DNA of 64,000 nt from an uncultured Chloroflexia bacterium. Lineage in GTDB: Bacteria; Chloroflexota; Dehalococcoidia; UBA2979. The translations under genes and the position numbers were made by a program. Of the stretch, positions 1 through 9,913 are shown piece by piece. Below the pieces are notes generated by a model. The model saw nothing but the letters and a program-made list of their open reading frames with translations. It did not search any database and was not told where the DNA came from. How positions within the stretch are numbered: the first letter of the stretch is position 1; each line of letters opens with the position of its first letter. The stretch is taken from the NCBI GenBank assembly GCA_963728205.1, contig CAVSIV010000002.1:64001-128000 (forward strand), given 5' to 3'.

Positions 1-1694
<1,694 letters not shown>

Positions 1695-1926
1695 TCCGAG
1701 CCCCCTGTCTTCCCTCTACCTTCCCTGGCGGTGTGGATAGCGGGCAGCGGGCCCGAAGCGTGCGGCGGAGTATACACCCGGGATCCGGGGCGGCCATCGG
1801 CCTATCGGGCCGTCGGCGCCGGCGGGAATCGCCGGTCGCGCGCGGGCGAGGAAGAGGTATAGCCGCGGGGCCGTGCTGTGTCCATCCACGGTCGCCGGCC
1901 GGGAGCGCGCTTACGGTGCACCCGGG

Positions 1927-3789
1927 TCAGATCGACCGCTTCACCGTCTCCGCCAGCCGGCGCGTGAAGCCGACCGTCGTCGCGATGTCGTCGATGCTCG
2001 CCTCGCGCACCCCCTTCAGCGATCCGTACTTGCGCAGCAGCGCGCGCTTTCGCTTCGGGCCGATGCCGGGGATCGTGTCGAGCACCGACTGCGTCGCGCT
2101 CTTGCCGCGCAGCTTCCGGTGGTACGTGATCGCGAAGCGGTGTGCCTCGTCGCGGATGCGCTGCAGCAGGTAGAGCGCCTCCGAGTCGCGCGGCAGCACG
2201 ATCGGATCGAAGACGTCGGCGACGAAGACCTCCTCCTCGCGCTTCGCGAGGCCGCATACCGGCACGTCGCGCAGGCCGAGGTCGCGCATCACGTCGAGCG
2301 CGGCGCCGAGCTGTCCCTTGCCGCCGTCGATCACGACGAGCCCCGGGACGACGTCCCACGGCGACGGCTCGAGGCCGTCGTCGCGCGGCTCCTCGCTCAG
2401 CTCGCGCCGCCGCCGCTCGCCGATCGCCTTGAATCGGCGCTGCAGCACCTCGCGCATCGACGCGAAGTCGTCCTGGCCCTCGACCGTCTTGATGCGGAAG
2501 CGCCGGTACTGCGACGTCGCGGGGCGGCCGTCCTCGAAGACGACCATCGAGGCGACGGTATTCGTGCCCTGGATCGTCGAGATGTCGTAGCACTCGATGC
2601 GTTGCGGCGGCTGCGGGAGATCGAGTTCCTCCTGCAGCGTGGCGAGCGCGCTCTCGGTCTTGTCGCGGTCGGCGATCCAGCGCACGTGGTGGGAGACCAG
2701 CGCCTGTCGCGCGTTCTCCTCGGCCGTGGCGACCAGCGCGCGGCGCTCGCCGCGCACCGGCATCGCCACCTCGACTGCGCCGCGGCGCCGCTCGCGCAGC
2801 ATCTGCTCGAGGTCGTCGCGGTCGGCCGGCTCGGCGGACAGCAGCACCGTGCGCGGCACGTAGGTCGCGCCCTCGTAGAACTGGCCGAGGAACGCGCCGA
2901 GCACGTCGGCGTCGCTCGCGTCCTGCGTGCCCTCGACGAGGAACCAGTCGGTGTCGGCGACGACGGTGCCGCGCACGAAGAAGACCTGCACGCAGGCCTC
3001 GTCGTCCTGGCGCGCCAGCGCGAAGACGTCGGCGTCGAGCGGCGTGGTGGTCGCCATCTGCTGGCGCTCGGTGACGGTCCGGATCGCGTGCGCCTGGTCG
3101 CGCAAGCGTGCGGCGCGCTCGTACTCGAGGCGCTCGGCCGCGACGTCCATCTCCGCGAGGACGTGCTTCAGCACCTCGTCGGAGCGGCCCTGGAGGAAGA
3201 GGATCGTCTGGTGGATGACCTCGTCGTACTCCTCCTTCGTGCAGAAGGCCGTGCACGGCGCGATGCAGCGCTTGATGTAGTAGTCGAGGCACGGGCGCGG
3301 GTCGGTGCCGGTGATCTCCTTCGTGCACGAGCGCCACGGGAAGAGCTTCTTCACGACGTCGAGCGTGCGCCGGACGGATCCGGCCGACGCGTAGGGGCCG
3401 AAGTAGCGCGCGCCGTCGTCCTCCACGCGGCGCGTGATCGTGACGCGCGGCCACGGGTTCTGGACGTCGATCTTCAGGTACGGGTAGTGCTTGTCGTCCT
3501 TCAGCCGGACGTTGTGCACGGGCTGGTGGCGCTTCACCAGCGTGGCCTCGAGGTGGAATGCCTCGGCCTCGGTATTGGTGACGACGTGATCGATCGTGCG
3601 CACCTGGTCGGCGAGCGCGCGCACCTTCGGCTCCATCGAGCGTGAGGAGCCGAAGTAGGAGCGGACGCGGTCACGCAGCCGGCGCGCCTTGCCGATGTAG
3701 ATCACGTCGCCGCTGGCGTCTCGCATGATGTAGACGCCGGGCGTCTCGGGGAGCGCGCGGACCTGGTGCAGGACGGAGGGGTCGGTCAC
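1927..3789 (-). CDS. uvrC: Excinuclease ABC subunit C
   Basis: GIY-YIG N-terminus (PGVYIM...YIGKA), RIECYDIS, IDGGKGQL, QRIRDEAHRFA and a C-terminal HhH. Start placed at GTG 3789. Confidence 0.97.
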   Translation of the reverse strand: MTDPSVLHQVRALPETPGVYIMRDASGDVIYIGKARRLRDRVRSYFGSSRSMEPKVRALADQVRTIDHVVTNTEAEAFHLEATLVKRHQPVHNVRLKDDKHYPYLKIDVQNPWPRVTITRRVEDDGARYFGPYASAGSVRRTLDVVKKLFPWRSCTKEITGTDPRPCLDYYIKRCIAPCTAFCTKEEYDEVIHQTILFLQGRSDEVLKHVLAEMDVAAERLEYERAARLRDQAHAIRTVTERQQMATTTPLDADVFALARQDDEACVQVFFVRGTVVADTDWFLVEGTQDASDADVLGAFLGQFYEGATYVPRTVLLSAEPADRDDLEQMLRERRRGAVEVAMPVRGERRALVATAEENARQALVSHHVRWIADRDKTESALATLQEELDLPQPPQRIECYDISTIQGTNTVASMVVFEDGRPATSQYRRFRIKTVEGQDDFASMREVLQRRFKAIGERRRRELSEEPRDDGLEPSPWDVVPGLVVIDGGKGQLGAALDVMRDLGLRDVPVCGLAKREEEVFVADVFDPIVLPRDSEALYLLQRIRDEAHRFAITYHRKLRGKSATQSVLDTIPGIGPKRKRALLRKYGSLKGVREASIDDIATTVGFTRRLAETVKRSI

Positions 3790-3843
3790 GCCACCATCGT
3801 AACGCGGAGAGCCGGGAGGACGGTTCGTGCCGCCCGTGGCGTT

Positions 3844-4204
3844 GGCGGCGCACATCGCCTCAGCGGCGGCGCACGCACCGCCTCAGCGGCGGCGCACACA
3901 CCGCCTCAGCGGCGGCGCACACACCGCCTCAGCGGCGCCGCACGCACCGCCTCAGCGGCGGCGCACACACCGCCTCAGCGGCGGCGCACGCACCGCCTCA
4001 GCGGCGGCGCACACACCGCCTCAGCGGCGGCGCACACAACCGTCCCAGCGGCGGCGCACACACCGCCCCAGCGGCGGCGTACACACCGCCTCAGCGGCGC
4101 CGCACACACCGCCTCAGCGGCGGCGCACACCGCCTCAGCGGCGGCGCACACCGCCTCAGCGGCGGCGCACACCGCCTCAGCGGCGGCAGACATGCCGCCG
4201 ACAG
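3844..4204. repeat. Tandem array of 15 units of 21-24 bp (consensus GGCGGCGCACACACCGCCTCAGC) ending in an intact family-A REP
   Basis: Units counted by hand over 3844-4181, with no spacers. The array is followed by GGCGGCAGACATGCCGCCGACAG. Confidence 0.95.
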
Positions 4205-4317
4205 GACGCGGCCGCGAGGCCGCGCGACCTGTCCTGCCCGGGCCCCCGACGCAGAGCGGCCGGTCCCCCCGCCGAGGGACCGGCCGCGCCGGAGGGCCGC
4301 ACCAGTGGAGGGGGACG

Positions 4318-4603
4318 TTAGGCGGCGCTCCGGTCTGTCGGGTCGTCGATCCCGGTCACGATGCCGAGACCGGCGGTGTGCTCGAGGCCCTGTGCGGCGA
4401 TTCTGACGCGCGACGGTTTCGAGTGCGCCGCCCTCGTCCGCGATCGCCATGAGCAGGCGCTCGATGTCCCCGTCGTCGAGCGTCTGGCTCTGCATCATCC
4501 CGGTCGTCACGAGCGACCGCTGGATCGTCATCCACGCGTGGTCCGTGCTGGTCACGCCGGAAAGCAGCGTCATCAGGTCGCTGACCGCCTGCGTCTTGAA
4601 CAT
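4318..4603 (-). pseudogene. Small hypothetical gene (about 94 aa) with an apparent +1 frameshift near 4401
   Basis: AGGAGG RBS precedes ATG 4603 (MFKTQAVSDL...ETVARQ). Removing one A gives ...QIAAQGLEHTAGLGIVTGIDDPTDRSAA* ending at TAA 4318-4320. Confidence 0.6.
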
Positions 4604-4818
4604 CGCTCGTTCCGTTCCTCCTGCGCCTTCCGCCGCGCGGGGGCGCTCCGCCTCGGGATCACAGCCAAGTGTGATGAAGGCGCCGCAGCCTGAGGATCGG
4701 GGACTACCCCGATTTCTTGACGTAATGCGCGCGGCCATCCGCCGCCCCACGGTGCGCCGAGGCGTAGGATGCCGCCGCGGCGCCGGCTCGCAGCCGCCCG
4801 CCGTGAGAGGGGCGCCCG

Positions 4819-5967
4819 ATGACCACCACCCAGATCCACGGCACCTGCGACGATCGCTTCGCCGCCGTCCGCGACGCCTTCCAGGCGAACTTCGACGCCG
4901 GCCGCGACGTCGGCGCGTCCGTCGCGGTCACGGTCGACGGCGATCCCGTCGTCGATCTGTGGGGCGGCTTCGCGGACGAGTCCCGCACGCGGCCGTGGGA
5001 GCGCGACACGATCGCGAACGTCTACTCGACGACGAAGACGATGACGAACCTCTGCGCGCTGATCCTGGCCGACCGTGGCGCGCTCGACCTGCACGCCCCG
5101 GTCGCGACCTACTGGCCGGAGTTCGCGCAGAACGGGAAGGGTGCGGTCGAGGTCCGTCACCTGCTGAGCCACTCGTCGGGGCTGTCCGGCTGGGACACGC
5201 CGCTGACCGTCGAGGACCTCTACGACTGGGAGAAGGTGACCTCGCTGCTCGCCGCGCAGGCGCCGTGGTGGAAGCCGGGCACCGCGTCGGGCTACCACTC
5301 ACTGACGCAGGGCTACCTGGTCGGCGAGGTCGTGCGCCGCGTCACCGGACGCTCGCTCGGGACGTTCTTCCGCGAGGAAGTCGCCGAGCCGCTCGGGGCC
5401 GACTTCCACATCGGCCTCGCGTCGAGCGAGTTCGGCCGCTGCGCGGACCTGGTGCCGCCCGAGCAGACGGCGGACGTGCTGGCGATGGCCGGCGACTCGA
5501 TCCCCGCGCGCACCTTCTCGAACCCGCCGATGAACGCGCTCGACTCGCGCACGGCCGCCTGGCGGCAGGCCGAGATCCCCGCTGCCGGCGGGCACGGCAA
5601 CGCGCGGTCCGTCGCGCGCGTGCAGTCCGTGCTTGCGTGCGGCGGCGCCGTCGGAGGGACGCGGCTGCTCTCGCCGGCCGGCTGCGCGGTCGTCTTCGAC
5701 GAGCAGACGCGCGGCACGGACCTGGCACTCGGCGTGCCGGTGCGCTTCGGCATGGGCTTCGGCCTCAACTCGCCCGAGGCGCCGCTCGGTCCGAACCCGC
5801 GTACCTGCTACTGGGGCGGGTGGGGCGGCTCCGTCGTGGTGATCGACATGGACGCGCGCGTCGCGATGTCCTTCGTCATGAACAAGATGAACTCGACGAC
5901 GGTCGGCGACGTCCGCTCGGCATCGCTGGGCGCGGCCGTCTACCAGTCGCTCGCCGCTGCCGTCTAG
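4819..5967 (+). CDS. Serine hydrolase, beta-lactamase family (EstA-like esterase)
   Basis: SxxK (STTK), LLSHSSGL, GYHS and WGGWGGS motifs. Confidence 0.9.
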   Translation: MTTTQIHGTCDDRFAAVRDAFQANFDAGRDVGASVAVTVDGDPVVDLWGGFADESRTRPWERDTIANVYSTTKTMTNLCALILADRGALDLHAPVATYWPEFAQNGKGAVEVRHLLSHSSGLSGWDTPLTVEDLYDWEKVTSLLAAQAPWWKPGTASGYHSLTQGYLVGEVVRRVTGRSLGTFFREEVAEPLGADFHIGLASSEFGRCADLVPPEQTADVLAMAGDSIPARTFSNPPMNALDSRTAAWRQAEIPAAGGHGNARSVARVQSVLACGGAVGGTRLLSPAGCAVVFDEQTRGTDLALGVPVRFGMGFGLNSPEAPLGPNPRTCYWGGWGGSVVVIDMDARVAMSFVMNKMNSTTVGDVRSASLGAAVYQSLAAAV

Positions 5968-5999
5968 CCGGCCGACTCCGCGCCGCGAGAGGAACCACG

Positions 6000-6545
6000 A
6001 TGCCCCGACTCCAGCCGCTCGACCTCGACCACGCCAATCCCGAGCAGCGTCGCGTCGCCGACGAGATCCGCAGCGGGCCGCGCGGCGGCCTCCGCGGTCC
6101 GTTCGACGCCTGGCTGCGCAGCCCCGGATTCGCCGAGCACGCGCAGCGCGTGGGCGCCTACTGCCGCTTCGGCAGCAGCCTCGCCGACGACACGCGCGAG
6201 CTGGCGATCCTGCTCGCCGGCGCGCACTGGCGCGCGCAGTTCGAGTTCTGGGCGCACGCGCGCCTCGCCCGCGAGGCCGGCCTCCCCGACGCCGTGATCG
6301 AGGCCGTGCGGATCGGCGCCGAGCCGGCGCTCGAGCGCGCCGACCTCCGCGCCGCCTACGCGGTCGTCACCGAGCACTTCGCGACACAGCGCGTGTCCGA
6401 CGCGACGTACCGCGAGGCGCTCGCGGTCTTCGGCGAGCGTGGGCTCGTCGACCTGATCGGGACCGTCGGCTACTACGGGATGGTCTCGATGACGCTCAAC
6501 GTGTTCGAGGTCGAGGTGCCGGAGGGTGAGACCGCGCCGTTCTGA
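6000..6545 (+). CDS. Carboxymuconolactone decarboxylase/AhpD-like family protein
   Basis: GAGG RBS before ATG 6000. Motifs GPFDAWLRSP, RELAIL, FEFWAH and VGYY. Confidence 0.85.
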   Translation: MPRLQPLDLDHANPEQRRVADEIRSGPRGGLRGPFDAWLRSPGFAEHAQRVGAYCRFGSSLADDTRELAILLAGAHWRAQFEFWAHARLAREAGLPDAVIEAVRIGAEPALERADLRAAYAVVTEHFATQRVSDATYREALAVFGERGLVDLIGTVGYYGMVSMTLNVFEVEVPEGETAPF

Positions 6546-6602
6546 TCCGGCGGCGGGACATCGGCCCCGCGGGTGCGGGTGCGGGTGCTGGTGCGTGGTG
6601 CG

Positions 6603-6678
6603 TGGTGCGCCCGGGAGGATTCGAACCTCCGGCCTCTGCCTCCGCAGGGCAGCGCTCTATCCCCTGAGCTACGAGCGC
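6603..6678 (-). tRNA. tRNA-Arg(GCG)
   Basis: GCGCTCGTAGCTCAGGGGATAGAGCG CTGCC-CT GCG GA-GGCAG ...GGTTCGAATCC...CGCACCA, 76 nt with encoded CCA. Confidence 0.95.
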
Positions 6679-6774
6679 ACGCGTCCGAAGATGGTAGGTC
6701 GCGGACCCGGTGTGAGCGAACGGCGGGCGGTCGAGGACTCGCCGCCGGTTCCGTCGCTCAACTGCTGGACCGGA

Positions 6775-6861
6775 TGGTGCCGAAGGTGAGATTTGAACTC
6801 ACACGGGGATAAACCCCACTGCGCCCTGAACGCAGCGCGTCTGCCATTCCGCCACTTCGGC
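6775..6861 (-). tRNA. tRNA-Leu(CAG)
   Basis: GCCGAAGTGGCGGAATGGCAGACGCG CTGCG-TT CAG GG-CGCAG, long variable arm, GTTCAAATC T-loop and CCA end, 87 nt. Confidence 0.95.
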
Positions 6862-6906
6862 ACGTCATGCAGTCACCGGCGATCCCCACTCGGTGGGTTT
6901 GTCAGC

Positions 6907-6983
6907 TGGTGGGCGGTACTGGACTTGAACCAGTGACCTCTCGCGTGTGAAGCGAGCGCTCGTACCAACTGAGCTAACCGCCC
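6907..6983 (-). tRNA. tRNA-Val(CAC)
   Basis: GGGCGGTTAGCTCAGTTGGTACGAGCG CTCGC-TT CAC AC-GCGAG ...GGTTCAAGTCC...ACCA, 77 nt. Confidence 0.95.
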
Positions 6984-7128
6984 GTGGCTGCGACCTCCCG
7001 GAACGATGAGACTAAGGCCGCGCCGGGCTCGCGTTCAACCGGCGCGCGCCGCGGCCGGCGGTGTAGCATCCCGCCGCCGGCGCCCCCGGCCGCGGGGCGC
7101 ACACGACGTCGACACGAGGGGGTCCGCC

Positions 7129-8064
7129 ATGACGCTCAAGCTCGGGGTGCACACCGGCCAGCAGGACATCGCGATGGATGAGCTGCGCCGCGTGTGGCGC
7201 TTCGTCGATTCGCACGGCTGGGACTTCGTCTCGGTGTGGGACCACTTCTACGAGGCGCCGCCAATCGACGGCACGCACCCGTGCTTCGAGGCGGTCGCGT
7301 CGATGGCGGTGCTCGCCGCCGAGACCGAGCGCGTGCGCATCGGCTGCCACGTGTTCTGCATGAACTACCGCAACCCGGCGCTGCTCGCGAACTCGATCAT
7401 GACGATCGACCACGTGAGCCACGGGCGCGTCGAGCTCGGCGTCGGCGCCGGCTGGCACGCCCAGGAGCACGCGGCGTACGGGTACCCGTTCGACCCCCCG
7501 AAGGAGCGGCTCGACCGCCTGGAGGAGGGCATCCGCGCGCTGAAGCTGCTCTTCTCGCAGGAGGAGACGGACTTTGACGGCCGCTACTACCACCTCGAGC
7601 ATGCGACGCTCTACCCGCGGCCGGTGCAGCAGCCGGTGCCGATCGTCGTGGGCGGGCGCGGCGAGAAGCGCACGCTGCGCATCGCGGCGCGCCACGCGGA
7701 CGGCTGGAACGTGCCCTACATCAACGTCGAGGAGTTCGAGCGCCTCAACGGCGTGCTCGACATGTGGTGCGAGCGGGAGGGCCGCGACCCGGCCGGCATC
7801 GAGCGCTCGGTGAACCTCCACATGCACATGGGCGCGAACGAGGCGGATGCGAAGCGGATCGCCGACGCGCACGGCGCGGCGTTGTCCGCCGGGGGGCGCA
7901 TGCCGTCCGTGGGCGCCGTCAGCGGCACCGCGCAGCGGACGATCGAGACGATCGCGGCGTACCAGGAGGCCGGCGCGTCGCGGGTGAGCATCGCGATTCG
8001 CCCGCCGGTGGAGTGGGACGCGCTGCAGGCCTTCGCGGAGGAGGTGATCCCGGCGTTCCGCTAG
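7129..8064 (+). CDS. LLM-class (probably F420-dependent) oxidoreductase
   Basis: SVWDHF, YRNPALLA, GRVELGVGAGW, PIVVGGRGEKRTLRIAARHADGWN. GAGGGG RBS before ATG 7129. Confidence 0.9.
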   Translation: MTLKLGVHTGQQDIAMDELRRVWRFVDSHGWDFVSVWDHFYEAPPIDGTHPCFEAVASMAVLAAETERVRIGCHVFCMNYRNPALLANSIMTIDHVSHGRVELGVGAGWHAQEHAAYGYPFDPPKERLDRLEEGIRALKLLFSQEETDFDGRYYHLEHATLYPRPVQQPVPIVVGGRGEKRTLRIAARHADGWNVPYINVEEFERLNGVLDMWCEREGRDPAGIERSVNLHMHMGANEADAKRIADAHGAALSAGGRMPSVGAVSGTAQRTIETIAAYQEAGASRVSIAIRPPVEWDALQAFAEEVIPAFR

Positions 8065-8126
8065 CGCGTGCTCGGGGAACAACCGGCGCGCAAGCGCTAG
8101 TGCCGCGGGCGTAGAGTGGATGCGCT

Positions 8127-9116
8127 GTGATGCTCTACGAGCCGACACAGACACTGCTCCACCGCTGGTTCGCCGACGAGGAGATCCGCGCCGTCGCGCG
8201 CGTCGACGGCGGCACGGTCAAGGACGTCTTTCGCGTCGACACCGCCCGCGGCGTCTTTGTCCTGCGCATCGCGGAGCCCGGCACGCGGCTCGACGACGTC
8301 CTGTTCGAGCAGGAGTGGGTGACGCACATCGGCGCGCGGTTGCCCGAGGTGCTCGCGCCGCTGCCGGCCCCCGGTGGGTCGACCGCGGTGGTCGACCACG
8401 GGCGCGTGAGCACGCTGCTCCCCTACGTCCCCGGCGACGCGCCCAGCCGCTTCCGGCCGGAGCACCGCGCCGCCGCCGCGCACACGCTCGCGCGCATCCA
8501 CCGCGTCGCCGCCTCCGTGCACGACCCGCTGCCGCGGCCGGGCTGGCCGGCGTGGCATCACCTGCACTGGGAGCGCAACCACTGGTGGTGCTGGGACGAC
8601 CTGCGTCGCGCCCTGCCGCGTGCCGCCGATGCGCCCGACCATCTCGACCCCGCCGCGATCGCCGCAGCGCTCGGCCGGCACATCGCCGTGCTGCCCATTG
8701 CGCTGCACGAGCTCGCGTACCGCGGCCTGCCGGCGCACCCGCTGCACGGCGACTACGGCGCCGCGAACCTGCGCGTGCGCGACGACCGCATCGTCGGCGT
8801 CTTCGACTGGGACGAGACGCGGCTCGACTGGCGCGCCTGCGAGCTCGCCGACGCGATCTGGGGCTTCGCGCGCCAGGTCGCGCACGACGGCTTCGACCGC
8901 GAGGTCGCGCTCGCGTTCCTCGAGTCCTACCGCGAGGCCGGCGGCGAGGTGTCGCCCCGCGAGCGGGACGAGCTCGTGCTGCTGATGCGGGCGCGACGGC
9001 TGTGGGAGGCGCTGTACTTCCTCGGCGACTGGCAGCGCGGCCAGGAGATCTCCTGGGACTACCTCGCCGCCAACGTCCGCGCGCTCGACGCGCTTGAGGG
9101 GATCGAAGCGCTGTAG
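8127..9116 (+). CDS. Phosphotransferase, APH/type II homoserine kinase-like
   Basis: Brenner motif LHGDYGAAN and GVFDWDE. Confidence 0.8.
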   Translation: MMLYEPTQTLLHRWFADEEIRAVARVDGGTVKDVFRVDTARGVFVLRIAEPGTRLDDVLFEQEWVTHIGARLPEVLAPLPAPGGSTAVVDHGRVSTLLPYVPGDAPSRFRPEHRAAAAHTLARIHRVAASVHDPLPRPGWPAWHHLHWERNHWWCWDDLRRALPRAADAPDHLDPAAIAAALGRHIAVLPIALHELAYRGLPAHPLHGDYGAANLRVRDDRIVGVFDWDETRLDWRACELADAIWGFARQVAHDGFDREVALAFLESYREAGGEVSPRERDELVLLMRARRLWEALYFLGDWQRGQEISWDYLAANVRALDALEGIEAL

Positions 9117-9179
9117 CGAACAGCGTTCGCCCCAATCCAACTCCCACCCGCTATCGTCGCCGGCGGAGGTGCCGCCCCG

Positions 9180-9746
9180 ATGGCCGACCGTGTTCGCTGC
9201 CCCTGGGCCGGCGACGACCCGCTGATGGTCGCCTACCACGACGAGCAGTGGGGCGTCCCCGAGCACGACGACCGCGCGCTCTTCGAGTTGGTCACGCTCG
9301 AGGGCGCCCAGGCCGGCCTCTCGTGGCGCACGATCCTGCAGCGCCGCGGCGGCTATCGCGCCGCGTTCGCCGGCTGGGACATCGCGCGCATCGCCGCGTT
9401 CGACGACGCCGACGTCGCGCGGCTCCTCGCAGATCCCGGGATCGTCCGAAATCGCGCGAAGGTCGCGGCCACCGTGGGCAATGCCCGCGCCGCGCTTGCC
9501 GTCGTCGAGGAGTGGGGCTCGCTCGACCGCCTGCTCTGGAGCTTCGTTGACGAGGTGGTGAAGGTCGGCGGCTTCACGCGCGTCGACCAGGTGCCGGCCG
9601 AGACGCCGGAGTCGCGAGCGATGAGCAAGGACCTGCACCGGCGCGGCTTCCGGTTCGTCGGACCCACCATCTGCTACGCGCTTATGCAGTCCGCCGGGCT
9701 CGCGAACGATCACCTCGTGGACTGCTTCCGCTTCCGCGCGGTCTAG
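9180..9746 (+). CDS. tag: DNA-3-methyladenine glycosylase I
   Basis: [29 protein letters not shown] and NDH...C motifs. Confidence 0.95.
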   Translation: MADRVRCPWAGDDPLMVAYHDEQWGVPEHDDRALFELVTLEGAQAGLSWRTILQRRGGYRAAFAGWDIARIAAFDDADVARLLADPGIVRNRAKVAATVGNARAALAVVEEWGSLDRLLWSFVDEVVKVGGFTRVDQVPAETPESRAMSKDLHRRGFRFVGPTICYALMQSAGLANDHLVDCFRFRAV

Positions 9747-9913
9747 CGGGCCGCGCGCATCCCCCGCCGGCAAGTGCCGGCGACCGCGCGCCGCTCGCCC
9801 GGCGGCGGTCCGCCGCCGGACCGTCCGCATCGCCTGCGCTACGATGTCGCCGACGCGCCGCCGGCGCGCCCGGATGTACCACCGGTACCCCTGCGACGGA
9901 CAAGGTGAACGCG

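Noticed and set aside
3844-4204. CRISPR array
   Set aside because: Units are contiguous with no unique spacers, and no cas genes are present.
3766-4452. Repeat-encoded ORFs (TASAAAH / PPQRRRT)
   Set aside because: These are open frames created by a stop-free tandem repeat whose main unit length (23 bp) is not a multiple of 3. No RBS.
6603-6983. Genomic island integrated at the tRNA cluster
   Set aside because: No adjacent integrase, and I noticed no distant duplicate of a tRNA 3' end.
4819-9116. Antibiotic-resistance genes (beta-lactamase, aminoglycoside kinase)
   Set aside because: Motifs fit the broad esterase and APH-like kinase superfamilies, with nothing specific to resistance.
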